Under the pieces are notes generated by a model. It had not been told where the DNA came from and searched no databases. It saw only the letters and a list, made by a program, of their open reading frames with translations. A stretch of DNA of 64,000 nt from Octopus sinensis (taxonomy: Eukaryota). Shown piece after piece: positions 1 to 11,064 of the stretch; the stretch's first letter is position 1; each line of letters opens with the position of its first letter. The DNA lies in the NCBI RefSeq assembly GCF_006345805.1, contig NC_043000.1, positions 137,020,001 to 137,084,000 on the forward strand, written 5' to 3'. The position numbers and the translations under genes are program-made.

Positions 1-535
1 TATGACCTCAGGGATATCTTACTCCTGTTTCTAACAGTTTAAGCATATAGGTTCCCCTTGGTAGCATCCTTGATCATTGTGCAAGTTTATTTCCTCTCTG
101 TCAAACTTTGATAACAACAATATATAAACATATAAAATATAAACATGCTATTTCCCCTTTATATTTTGTTATTCTTTTATTGACTTCAGTTAATGTACTG
201 CTTCCATGGTAGGGTATCATAATCAGTGATCTTTTTAGTTTTTAGTTTTCTAGTCAATAATATCAGTGAATGAACTTATTTCAGTCTGGGACTTATTTTA
301 TTGTTACCTACTTTTTGAATGGCTAAGTTACCTTTTAAATACAAAATTAGTATGTATGTGTGAGTGTATATATAAAAATGAAGTAGATAAAAAGAAGATT
401 GATTAAACATGTTGGGATTCAAACTTAAGTGAGTTTCTACTTATAGCTATCAGAAATGTTGTTGGTATTAAATGACACTGGACTGGGTTTATAGCATTCT
501 GTAAACCAGTTATGAAAAATGAATCAAGTATAGAT

Positions 536-701
536 AGGCGCAGGAGTGGCTGTGTGGTAAGTAGCTTCTCTGCCAACCACATGGTTCTGGGTTCAGTCCC
601 ACTGCGTGGCACCTTGGGCAAGTGTCTTCTACTATAGCCTCGGGCCGACCAAAGCCTTGTGAGTGGATTTGGTAGACGGAAACTGAAAGAAGCCTGTTGT
701 A

Positions 702-744
<43 letters not shown>

Positions 745-957
745 TTGTGTATCTGTGTTTGTCCCTCTAGCATTGCTTGACAACCGATGCTGGTGTGTTT
801 ATGTCCCCGTTACTTAGCGATAGAATAAGTACTGTACTGAGACCGATAGAATAAGTACTGGGCTTACAAAAGAATAAGACCCGGGGTCGAGTTGCTTGAT
901 TAAAAGGCGGTGCTCCAGCATGGCCGCAGTCAAGTGACTGAAACAAGTAAAAGAGAG
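536..957 (+). mobile_element. tRNA-derived SINE, family A, full length with internal (TA)n(TG)n
   Basis: Head AGGCGCAGGAGTGGCTGTGTGGTAAG with B-box-like GGTTCAGTCCC and tail GGCCGCAGTCAAGTGACTGAAACAAGTAAAAG. The same sequence recurs at 28878, 38209, 39702, 47957 and 59434. Confidence 0.9.
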
Positions 958-1050
958 ATATAGGTGAGGGAAAATGTGTATCAAATGAAATAATCATATT
1001 GTTGTATGAGCTGCAAAGATGTGGAGTGATATATCTTGTTTGAAAACAAA

Positions 1051-1152
1051 GATTAGCATCAGAAAAGGTATCTGATTGTAAAATATAGCTTTAAGAAGAT
1101 TCATCCAACCCATGCTAGCATGAAAAAAGTGGATGTAAAAGTGATAATGATT
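1051..1152 (+). mobile_element. Degenerate 3' end of the (GAT)n-tailed RTE-related repeat (family C)
   Basis: CATCCAACCCATGCTAGCATG matches the terminus of the copies at 14600, 49300, 53300 and 62600. Confidence 0.7.
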
Positions 1153-2575
1153 AAAATCAAGATTAATATTATTAAAGCTTTGATTTTACAATATGATTTT
1201 ATAGGATTCGGCAAAATGCTCTAGGATTATTCAGAGAGAAAAATATGAAGTTATCATCATCATCATTGTTGTTAATTTTATTATTATTGTCATTAGTATT
1301 TTTTTTTTTATATAAAATCATTTAATCATTTCTCAAGTCATCCAAGCAATGAGGGTTTTGGGAGACTGATATTATTGTGTGTGTGACTAGAAAACACTTT
1401 GAAAAACTGGAACTTCTTAAAACAATTTACAGATAGTTTTTGAGAGAAGTTGCAATGTAAAAATTTGGGGTTTTCTCCCATCAAAATCTATAATAAAACA
1501 TATTTCTGACTTTATGCAAAATATAATTTATGAATGAATTTACTTTTAAGAATGTTTTCCAAACATAATTCATGTATTATACATAAGTATAATCACTTAT
1601 ATAGTTGTTGAAGATAGTCTTAAATGTTTATCTTTACAAGCTTCATTTCCACTCAATTCTCAGTTATTGCCACCTTAGTCTACATGCAGCCAGAAAACAT
1701 TTGATGTCTCTATTCTCCCATTATACAAATTGGTCTGTTACTCTTGAAAACTTAGATGAAAGTACATACGTTGCTTTTCACATGAATTCAAACATTTAAC
1801 CATAACTACCATGAAAAACTTGTAGCAAAGCTGTCTACCTACAGACTTTAATCTTTCTCATGTTTTGTATTTGGGCTTTCTTTTCACATTGTTTCATTAC
1901 TCTGGTCCTTGTTCTTTTAACCAAAATTACAATTTCTATACATCTTGGGTATAGCAACAACTGTTTGCTGTTACCTTCAACTATCCAAACTTCTGTGCAT
2001 ATGATAACACGTTTACTCCTTAACTTCTTGCATAGTCATAATTTTCTTGCAGTTGACATGCTTCCTACCAAATATGGTTAATGTCTATAAATGGAGGCTC
2101 AGAAAATATTCTGCAATAGGAATGTGATAAATTAGTCTCATTCATCAATACTAAGACAAACATGAAAACACACTTATAACACTGCATCCTATCTAATCTT
2201 CAGTATCATAGCAGAAAAACCAACTCACCCACCTCTTTGAATGCAATCTTCTCAAATACCTTCCATAGCTATGTTTTCTTCACAAATATTGGCCTTCCAG
2301 ATTCAAACTGAGCAGAAATTCAATTTCATTGGTCTGCAGGCCCTAAGAGCTTTGTCCTTATTTTGCTGCTTAACAACAACCACCCTACCCCCACAAAAAG
2401 CTAATGTAAGATAAGCATTCTTCTCTTTTTTTTTTTTACTCACATACAAAGTGGTTTTCATATCAAACATGTATATACAACTTATATGCATACACTGACT
2501 TATATAAATTCTTATGAGTACACTGTTCAGCTGGTTTTTAAAAATTATATTAGCTGTAATATTACTATTAGTCAA

Positions 2576-3017
2576 AAACTCTTGTTTGAAGCTTGCCAAA
2601 AGCTGTTCCTGCACACTTCAGACGGTGTTGGATTTCATCACTGAGGTCTACAAGCGTACAAAAGGAGGCCAGAAGAAACGCTACAAGGACTCTCTGAAAT
2701 CGAACCTCAAAAAGTGTGACATTGACTTCACCAACTGGGAGGAAACGGCAAAAAACAGACCACTCTGGAAAACCACCATCCATGAAGGAACGGCGAATTT
2801 CGAGTCGAAAAGGTCTGCAGAGCTGGAGGAGAAAAGACGACGACGGAAGGAGCGCCAACAACAGCCACGTGCGACTCTCCCTTCCAGCACTAGATGTCCG
2901 CCCTGTGACCGATCTTTTCGAGCAAGAATTGGTCTTATCAGTCACCTGCAGACTCACCAATAAATTTGCGCGAAGACCATCATCCTCAACCTTGAGAGAT
3001 TGCCATAGTAGTAGTAG
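2576..3017 (+). mobile_element. Young 5'-truncated, 5'-inverted RTE (BovB-like) LINE insertion
   Basis: The plus-strand 2651-2963 encodes KRTKGGQKKRYKDSLK...CPPCDRSFRARIGLISHLQTH, an RTE C-terminus with a C2H2 finger. The minus-strand 2576-2650 encodes DLSDEIQHRLKCAGTAFGKLQTRVF. There is a (TAG)n tail at 3006-3017 and a TSD TACTATTAGTCAA at 2563-2575 and 3018-3030. Confidence 0.92.
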
Positions 3018-3574
3018 TACTATTAGTCAATAGTAGAATGATTTTTACTTTTTCTTTTCTTTTTTTGTTAGGTTCTAGACTTAATTGTTCGTCTGGTTTA
3101 ACATTATCACCTGTCTCTTGAGTGCTTTTAGAATAGTACATTCTGTGTTAAGCATTCATATCTATAATCTTCAGACTGGAAATGCCTTCCTCCTATCAGA
3201 CTAAGGCTCTGTAATTTTGTTTTAGATTAAAACAGAAAATAACTAAATAGATAACTAACTTACAAACTAAATAAATAAATTAATAACCCCACCCACCTTT
3301 CCCCCCTCAAAGTAAAGATCCACATGTAGGAATGAGTTTAGTTTTTGTCTTCTTGTTTTACGTATATTTCATATTGTGGAATTACTATCTTTCCTTTTGT
3401 TAATGTGAAAGATTTTAATGAAGTAGATGGTTCACCTTTAACAGTTTATCAGTTTAGAAATATTTGCTCGGGTTTTTGAGTTGTAAACAAAGGGTTTGAA
3501 TTGCACATTAAGGTTTTTAATCAGGGTTTTGTGTTATGAGGTTATTTTCTAAAACAACATCTGTGTATTTGTCT

Positions 3575-3780
3575 TCAGTGGTTTCTAGCCCTATATCAGC
3601 TTTGATCAAGTAGAGTTATAACTAAAGATAGTTCAATCATGACCATCTTGTTTTATTTTCAGAAGTAGTATATTTAGAACTATATCATCCAAAGTGTCCT
3701 TATTTTTTTTTTTCTAAAAGAAAATAATAGGGTGTGTTCTTAGGAATACTTGACTATTATTTCTAGCAAGTCTGCAACAA
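3575..3780 (-). mobile_element. Old unclassified SINE-like repeat (family E)
   Basis: Weak by-eye similarity (TGCTAGAAA...ACACCC) to 33290-33530 (+) and 45440-45640 (-). Confidence 0.35.
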
Positions 3781-4368
3781 TACAGGGGCTTCTTCTTTGC
3801 TTCCTTTTTCTTCAGTTCAAATAAGTAGGTCAATGTGTGCAATCTAGTCTTTCTTTAATTAGTTTATTCATTGAACACTTTATTACAAAATTACTTGGCA
3901 TCAGTCACTTTAACTCATGGAATTTACAAGCATAAAAGGCTGTTTTCGCATCAAAACATAGACACATTTACTGACATATAGATACACATGCAAGCACACA
4001 GAGATACACACACACACACACATATGCATACACTCTCTCTCTTCCTCACACACACACAAAGATACACCGCTCATCTGCTTTAAAAGTATTATTTCTTAGA
4101 TGTACACACAAAAGTGGAATGCCTTTTACTCTTTTATTCTTCTTGCTCAAATTCAAATTGATTGCTTTCATTTAATGTTCCTTCTTTAAAAATTTTGATG
4201 AATTAGTTATTTACTGTTATAGATAGCAAGAGATGTTGATTGGCATGCATGAGAATATCAATTCTGTATACACTAATATTACTCTAATGGAAGTTCGTAT
4301 TTCATTATACTTCTACACTCCTTAACTTCTACATAGTCAAATACATACATACATACATGCATACATAT

Positions 4369-4406
<38 letters not shown>

Positions 4407-5694
4407 GTAGGTGCAGATGAAAAATGTGCATATATGTGCATGTGTAGGTATCTCTGCACATACTACAAATATTCAAACAATGGCTGTTTGCCTGCTGTTG
4501 CTCATTAAGGTAAAGAATGACTTTTGTCGCAAAAATATTGGTAAAGTAATTGCAGGCACACCTTCAGTGTAATTATACCTCATTTAGAGAAAAGCTAATT
4601 TTAGTTACATCCTTAATAACAACTCTAAAATTTTCAATGGGTGTAGTTGAATTATATTTATTATTATTCCATTTGTTTTGTATTGTTTTAAAATTGCAAT
4701 GCATTTTTCTTATCTTTTTTTAGTTGCTAATTTTGAGTTGTTCAAGATATCGTTTTTCTCCCTTTTAAAATTTTTTTTTTCTTTTAAACTATGAAAAATG
4801 TAAGTTTCAGTGTTAAATTAGAATGAGCTTTATATTTGTTGATGTCATTATTGTACCGCGAGGGTCACATGCCTAATTTTTAAAGAAGATAACTACAAAA
4901 ATACAAAACATTCTAAATTGAATTTTTAAAAAAATCTTGTTTTGCAGTTGATAAACTAGTCACTTTAATATCTTACAACTTGATACTGTAATTTTTGCCA
5001 AAATTTGCCTGCAAGAAACTCTATAATTGAATAATGTTTTCATTCTGAAATGTGACATCATTAATTTCTGGCATTTCAATTAAGCCATATAGAAGGTGAG
5101 AAAATAGCTGTTTTGAATGAGGTCTTGAGTTCTTTCATGAGAAACTTTTGTGCATGTTACCTACCTTTGAGAAGAATTTTGCATAAGAAGTAAAGTGTGC
5201 TTGAGCTAATCACAAGGTACACTATACATCTAATGAGATGGAGTGGTTATGGATTCTCCACTAGGACCCATATCACTGTGTTCTACCCTAAACGATGTAG
5301 TTCTGAAGTGAACTTCATAACTGCAAAAGCATGCCTATGCTCATTTGATACATGTACACTTCCTCTTTTTAATCTAGGATGTATGTGGTGTGTGTATGTA
5401 TGTTCTCTTCTGTTTTTGATTATATATTTTCTTTCTCTGATGAAGGAGTTGTTTTCTAACAAAGATACAAAAATCCGTCTTGGGAATGTAGATAAGAAAA
5501 ACAATTTCACATTTTAAACTGGAGAAAAGTCCTGCATATTGTTACTGTTCTACTTAAAGATTGTATTTGTAATGTACAAGTTAGTTGGTTGATTTCTTTT
5601 TCAGAAAACCCTAGCTTATCCAGATTGTCACTTAGCATTTATGTATGCATGCACACCTGCATATGCATAGTGACATTTCGTCCATCTTCACAAT

Positions 5695-5812
5695 GTGAGT
5701 TCAAATACCACCAAGGTCAACTTTGCCTTTTATCCTTTTGAGATTGATAAAAAGTACCAGTTGAGCCTCAAATTACCTCCTGCCCTAAAATTGCTGTCCT
5801 CATGCTAAAATT
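5695..5812 (+). mobile_element. Partial SINE family B (Meta-like core)
   Basis: GAGTTCAAAT...GGTCAACTTTGCCTTTTATCC...GATAAAAAGTACCAG matches the 54587 copy. Confidence 0.7.
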
Positions 5813-5960
5813 TGGTGGTTGGTGTTAGGAAGGGCATCCAGCCTTAAAAACCATGCCAAAACAGACAGTGAAGCCTGGTGCAGTCTTCTGTCTAGCCAGC
5901 TCCTGTCAAACCATCCAACCTATGGCAGCATGGAAAGCAGATGTTAAATGATGATGATGA
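5813..5960 (+). mobile_element. RTE-related family C 3' end
   Basis: GGTGTTAGGAAGGGCATCCAGC...CATCCAACCTATGGCAGCATGG...(GAT)n. Confidence 0.8.
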
Positions 5961-6328
5961 TATGTATGTGTGTGTTTCATGTTATTATGGATGCAAGCGT
6001 AGCTATGTATTTATGAGTTTTGCATTTCAAGCATCCCTCATTTGTTCTCTCTGTTTAGCCCCTTGGATGTATACTATCATAGCCTCAATAGATGGAAGAG
6101 AGTACATGTTGAAATTATTTATTAAGCTTGAAATTCTATGAGTTTTGAAATTTAACTCCCCAAGTATCAAGCAAAGTCTGAACCATGAAACCAGAAACCA
6201 TTAAGAAGACTATTCATAAAACAAAAGCATTTATCAAGATAAATTGAAAGAAATAAAAAGCATTTATATATTTTAACTAAAAGAACAAATACCTGATTGT
6301 GTTGATTTAAAAATAATTGTATTAATCA

Positions 6329-6711
6329 CTAGCAGTATCGCCCGGCGTTGCTCGGGTTTGTAAGGGAAATAACTATATAAGCATTTTTAGGGATGTAAAG
6401 TATAATAGCCATCTCAATATGGCTAACCACAAAGGGGGGTGTTACTGTAGCTTTTTACGTTCTGAGATTTAATAATACATTTTTAGAGAGTTACCTCCCT
6501 TATATAATAGCAAAAAAATGCATTCAAAATGGGAAAAAAATTATAGTAAATTTTTTTTTAAATCGTAGACTCATCGTAGATGCGCGCTAAGAAGGGCTTG
6601 ATATGAATCACGACTATAAGATACCCACTTTTGGTTACACTGCAAAATGTGGGAGTAGTTAGGAATCTAAATCGTAGGAGACAGACACAACTTCACTTTT
6701 ATATATAAAGA
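6329..6711 (-). mobile_element. Non-autonomous Helitron, 383 bp
   Basis: The minus strand starts A|TC (TCTTTATATATAAAAG) and ends with hairpin CCCGAGCAACGCCGGG + 8 nt + CTAG|T. Its 3' ~55 bp are nearly identical to the end of 41376-41758. Confidence 0.85.
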
Positions 6712-6886
6712 TATTTCAATGTGCTCACTCCAGTCCATGATTGACTGTGGCCATTCTGGGGTATTAATTTCAAGCTGTTTGGTTAATTGTTTCTCCCATT
6801 AGTTATTTTATAGATGTGTTTTTGTTGAATAGCAGTATTATGTATTTGACATAAAGGGACACAACACCTGTAAACATATATATATT

Positions 6887-7060
6887 TAGGAGCAGGTATG
6901 ATCCTATGGTTTAAGAAGTTTACTTCCTATTCACATGGTTTCAGGTTCAATCCCACTATGTGGCACCTTGAAAATTTGTCCACTATAATAGCTTGTGACA
7001 AACGAAAGATTTGGTAGAAGGAAACTGAAAGATGATTATTGAATGCACATATATGAATGC
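6887..7060 (+). mobile_element. Degenerate 5' half of SINE family A
   Basis: CACATGGTTTCAGGTTCAATCCCACTATGTGGCACCTTG...GATTTGGTAGAAGGAAACTGAAAGA. Confidence 0.7.
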
Positions 7061-8574
7061 AAGAAAACACTGGAGCCATTATTACAATAATCTTATAAAC
7101 AAATATACCCCTGGGAATCATGATTAGTCTTTATACTAATCTCCAAACATTAAAGGAATCATGTCTGTGTGTTCTAATTGTTTCATAATTACACTCATTT
7201 TTTCCAAAAACCATATTTTTTCTTGTAGTCATTAATTTAAGTTTTAAATTCCTACTTATCTAAGCTGCTCTTGTTTTATTTTTTATTTAATATTTGCGTG
7301 GATATCAGTATTCTTTATATTGACTACAGTAGTTAGAAATTTCAGATAATATCTATGTGTTACTAGAATAAGTGTGTTTAGCATATTCTGCCTTCAAGTA
7401 GCATTAATATGTAATTTTAGAATTACGATAATTGCATAGAAGCTGTAAATAAATAATAGAACTCATCAAAAAATAATACATTGGAAAGGACATACTGATT
7501 AAAAATAGCATTATATGGAATCTAGAAACCATTTGTGAAAACTTACCATAACATTTCCATTCCTTATCTTCATTTATATCTGTATCGTATATGATTTTTA
7601 AAGTGATGACTTTCTGTAGATAGACTAGTCTTCGTAATTATCCTAATGATATATTTGGTATTTGATAAGGTTGCAAATCTTGAAACAGATGAGTTAATGC
7701 TTATTGTGCTATCCACTTAGTCTATAGTTATCAAAAAAATCGTTTTATAACCTGGATCCAATAATCTGATTTTCACAGGTTTCTACTGTCTTTTAGGATT
7801 AATGAAGTACTATTTAAGGGTATTTTGTGACATTTTATGCATTGTTCATTGATTTTTTTTTTTTTCCAATAAATTTGTCTTATGTTAGAGGGATTTATGC
7901 TATTTAGACTCTGTGATAATAAAAAGGTTCATTTCACCTTTTTCTTATCTATTTACTTTATTCTATTATATTTTTGCTATATATTTCTATACATTTTTAT
8001 ATATCAGTTTTCTAATTATAACTTTTCTACTTGTATAGGATAAATACAACTATTTCAACTGTTGAGTGGTGTATGCATAGTAGTGTCATAATTCTTTTTT
8101 ATATCAAATCATAATTAATATTGACAGAAACAATATTGATACTAAATGGTAATTTTGACCCCCATCATAACATGGAGGATATGTTAGAACAGAGGATGCT
8201 GCATCATTTATCTTAAGAGAATATCTCTTAAGGATTTATGGTGCATAAAAATACTCAAAATTATATTGTTGATAGACTAGAATTGTTTGCTATAGTTGCT
8301 TGGAACTGCCAGAACACATGATTTCACTCTACTATTGGTTCCTTAGTGACAGATGTCTTGCAGCACAATAACAGCTACATTTCTTGTCAACATTATATAG
8401 AATCTCACTGTCTATTCAGGCACTGGTGTTGCAAATAGTCAGTGGACTTATTAAAAAGTAATTAATTGTGAGTAAAACAGTATTAATACCAAAAGGTAAT
8501 CTTCATCTCCAACATTAAAGATACAACTTATTACTAATACAGATATATTAATTTCACTTATATGAAAGAAATAG

Positions 8575-8915
8575 TTGTATATAGTGCTCAGGTGCACTAC
8601 AACTAAGAAAAAAAAGGCATCAGGTGTACTGTTGGTGGATTTCAGGAAGCCTGTAAGTTTTGAAGGATGTAATGTCTTGACAGCTAACGACTTATGCGAG
8701 TAGTTCATTCTATGCTTCAAGAATTCTGAGCATGAAAATATGTTTCCGAAGGTCATGGGTGCTGTGTTGTATTTTGATTTTGTGAGTATGTCCATGAGTG
8801 TTTGACATATGGAATTCAAAAAGGTGCCCAAGGTTGTTGGAAAGAGGGTGGATAATCTTGTGGGTGTCTACCAGGTCAGTTGCCAGATGTCTGAGCTTCA
8901 ATGTGTCCATGTATT
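8575..8915 (-). mobile_element. CR1-type LINE 3' fragment
   Basis: Minus ORF TLKLRHLATDLVDTHKII...NTHGHTHK...RKHIFMLRI resembles the CR1 RT C-terminal pattern (LRRL.DL..YKI...TRGH..K...R.FF..RV). Confidence 0.7.
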
Positions 8916-9599
8916 ATTTCATTAAAAAAAAAAAAAAAATCATAACCTTAGGAGGCTGTATGTATATAACAATGTATATTTCAGTAGTTTGATAACTGTG
9001 TGATACTCGCCTCCTTTCTAAATATTATCTGAATGCTAAGATAGTACCGTATCTGATTTTGTTATTCATGCTTGAGTGTTGCATTCTGACATATTTATTA
9101 GTCACCTTGCTCTATTTCAATTCCTTAATTTCAATGTATTCATCTAACCATACATTATGTGTCTTTATAACCTTTCTTCCTTTCTGTATGACCTTTTGCA
9201 CATTGTTTTATTACATACTTGTAAAGAGCAGGCCCCTTAGACAATAGTTTCTTCCTTAAGTCTTTAAATCTTCTTATATATGAGATTATTTATGGCTGTA
9301 GCATAACATTTGTATCTACTGTCTATTTTGTTCAGTAGGTAGGGATTGGTGTTTATTAATCCTTCCTTAGAAATATTATTGTTTTCATTATTGCTGTTGT
9401 TCTTCTTCAGAGGTCTTTTTCTTTATTGTGTTCTCTCACTACAGTAGCAAGTGCAGCTCTGTAGCCATAGTTTGGTGCCATCACTTTAGCATGGCATTCT
9501 GTAATACAGTTTTAACCTATACTATAGCAGCAGGTTGACTAATACCTTGTGAGTAAAATTAGTAGATAATAAATAAAGAAGCATATCGTGTGTATATAC

Positions 9600-9750
9600 C
9601 CCACCTATACACCTATGTATTTATGTGTGATGTGTGTATGATGTATATATGTATATGTATATGTGTATATATGTGTGTATGATGTATATATGTGTATATA
9701 TGTATATAAGTATGTGTATGTATGTGCATATAAATATATATCAATGTAAA
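9600..9750. repeat. Imperfect (TATG/TA/TG)n microsatellite
   Basis: Visible directly in the sequence. Confidence 0.9.
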
Positions 9751-9974
9751 TGTAAAATATTTATGTATAGAATTAGGCAAAATAACTTACTATTTTGTAG
9801 TTGGACATTAAAAAACAAATTAGGTAGGCCACATTTCAGAATATAAGATTAGTCATCATTAGTAGTAAGACCTACTCATGATCTGTTCCAATTAATGTTG
9901 CTAACATTAATGTAAAATATTTATGTATAGAATTTATGTATAGAATTCTGATAGTGCTTAGTAGTGAGACATAA

Positions 9975-10270
9975 ACTTTGAATACAGAGAAACTGAGAAA
10001 ACTGAAAGGAAATAAAGCTAGCATGCTTTGTGGGATGTACAGTGTAACTATGCATGGATGTCAAAAAAGAAATATGGTGAGCGAAAAACTGGGTGTAAGA
10101 GAAATTTGATGTAGTCAGCAAGAAACAAGTCTGCATTGGTATGGATATGCGATACTTATGGATGAAAACAATTGAATAAAAGAAATACTGATCCAGTTGA
10201 AGGAAACTCAGGAAGACCTGGAGCAAAGTGGTGCTGGCTGATATCAGGATCTTACTTTCATGGAGATGAC
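9975..10270 (+). mobile_element. Decayed RTE LINE C-terminal fragment
   Basis: Reads ...EKLGVRE...LHWYGYAILMDEN...VEGNSGRP, matching the RTE LRWYGHVMRM...VEG.RGRP motif. Confidence 0.65.
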
Positions 10271-11022
10271 AAATGGAAATATGTAGTTCTGAAGATGACC
10301 TTAGTGAAACTAAGATATTGGAAACATAATGTTTATGTATATACTAGCAGCTAAGCCCAGTTTCACCAGGTCGGTTTGGATGATGTAGCTGTAAAACCTG
10401 CTCTGTGTAAGCATTAGACTTGTTTGGGCACACTTACGTTAAAAGACAATTTTAGAATGACTTTTTTCTGTCAAAACACTAAAAATAACTAACCATAAAA
10501 AAAAACCCAAATAAAAACCAAGATTCAACCAAATCAAAAAATAAACCAAAATACTAAGCGAACAAAGATGAACCATCCCACTCATTCATAAACACAAGAG
10601 TAATATTACAGTAGATTATCTTGGTAACCATGGGAGCTATGAAAAAATACAAAGCCCAGCATCATCACCAGATCATTCTATACATCCGTGTAATTTTTCG
10701 CACAATTCTACCTGGCCATTTGACCGTGAATCCCAAGACAAGAAGGAATTGTGCATGTCAAATTTAGATATATATTTGGTCAACTGGTCTCCTTTGCAAG
10801 AAAGCTGTTCTCCTCTGGCTTCTTCTCTCACCATAGAGTTGCTTCCCTCTCTACCAAAATCTCCACTTAGTTGAAGGGAATCTTAGTCTTGCAAGCTGCA
10901 TGGCAACCTCACTAGTGTTGGTGCCATGAAAATAGCATTTAGTACACACTGTAAAGTGGTTGGCATTAAGATTAACATCCATTCATAGAGACCACGCCAA
11001 AAGAGAAATTACAGCATAATGC

Positions 11023-11064
<42 letters not shown>

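Noticed and set aside
403-997. ORFs of 76-126 aa over SINE family A (likewise at 29049-29526, 38082-38557 and 47885-48154)
   Set aside because: They are reading frames through a SINE and its microsatellite ([12 protein letters not shown] runs) and recur in every copy.
2200-2400. Possible very old RTE C-terminal relic on the minus strand
   Set aside because: The similarity is too weak to support by eye.
5437-5445. Other CTGATGA matches (also ~26780, ~41467, ~55770)
   Set aside because: No flanking stem II/GAAA/NUH arrangement, so they are not hammerheads.
10350-10770. Possible minus-strand Helitron (CTAG plus a degenerate hairpin at ~10354)
   Set aside because: The hairpin is imperfect and no matching 5' TC terminus could be placed.
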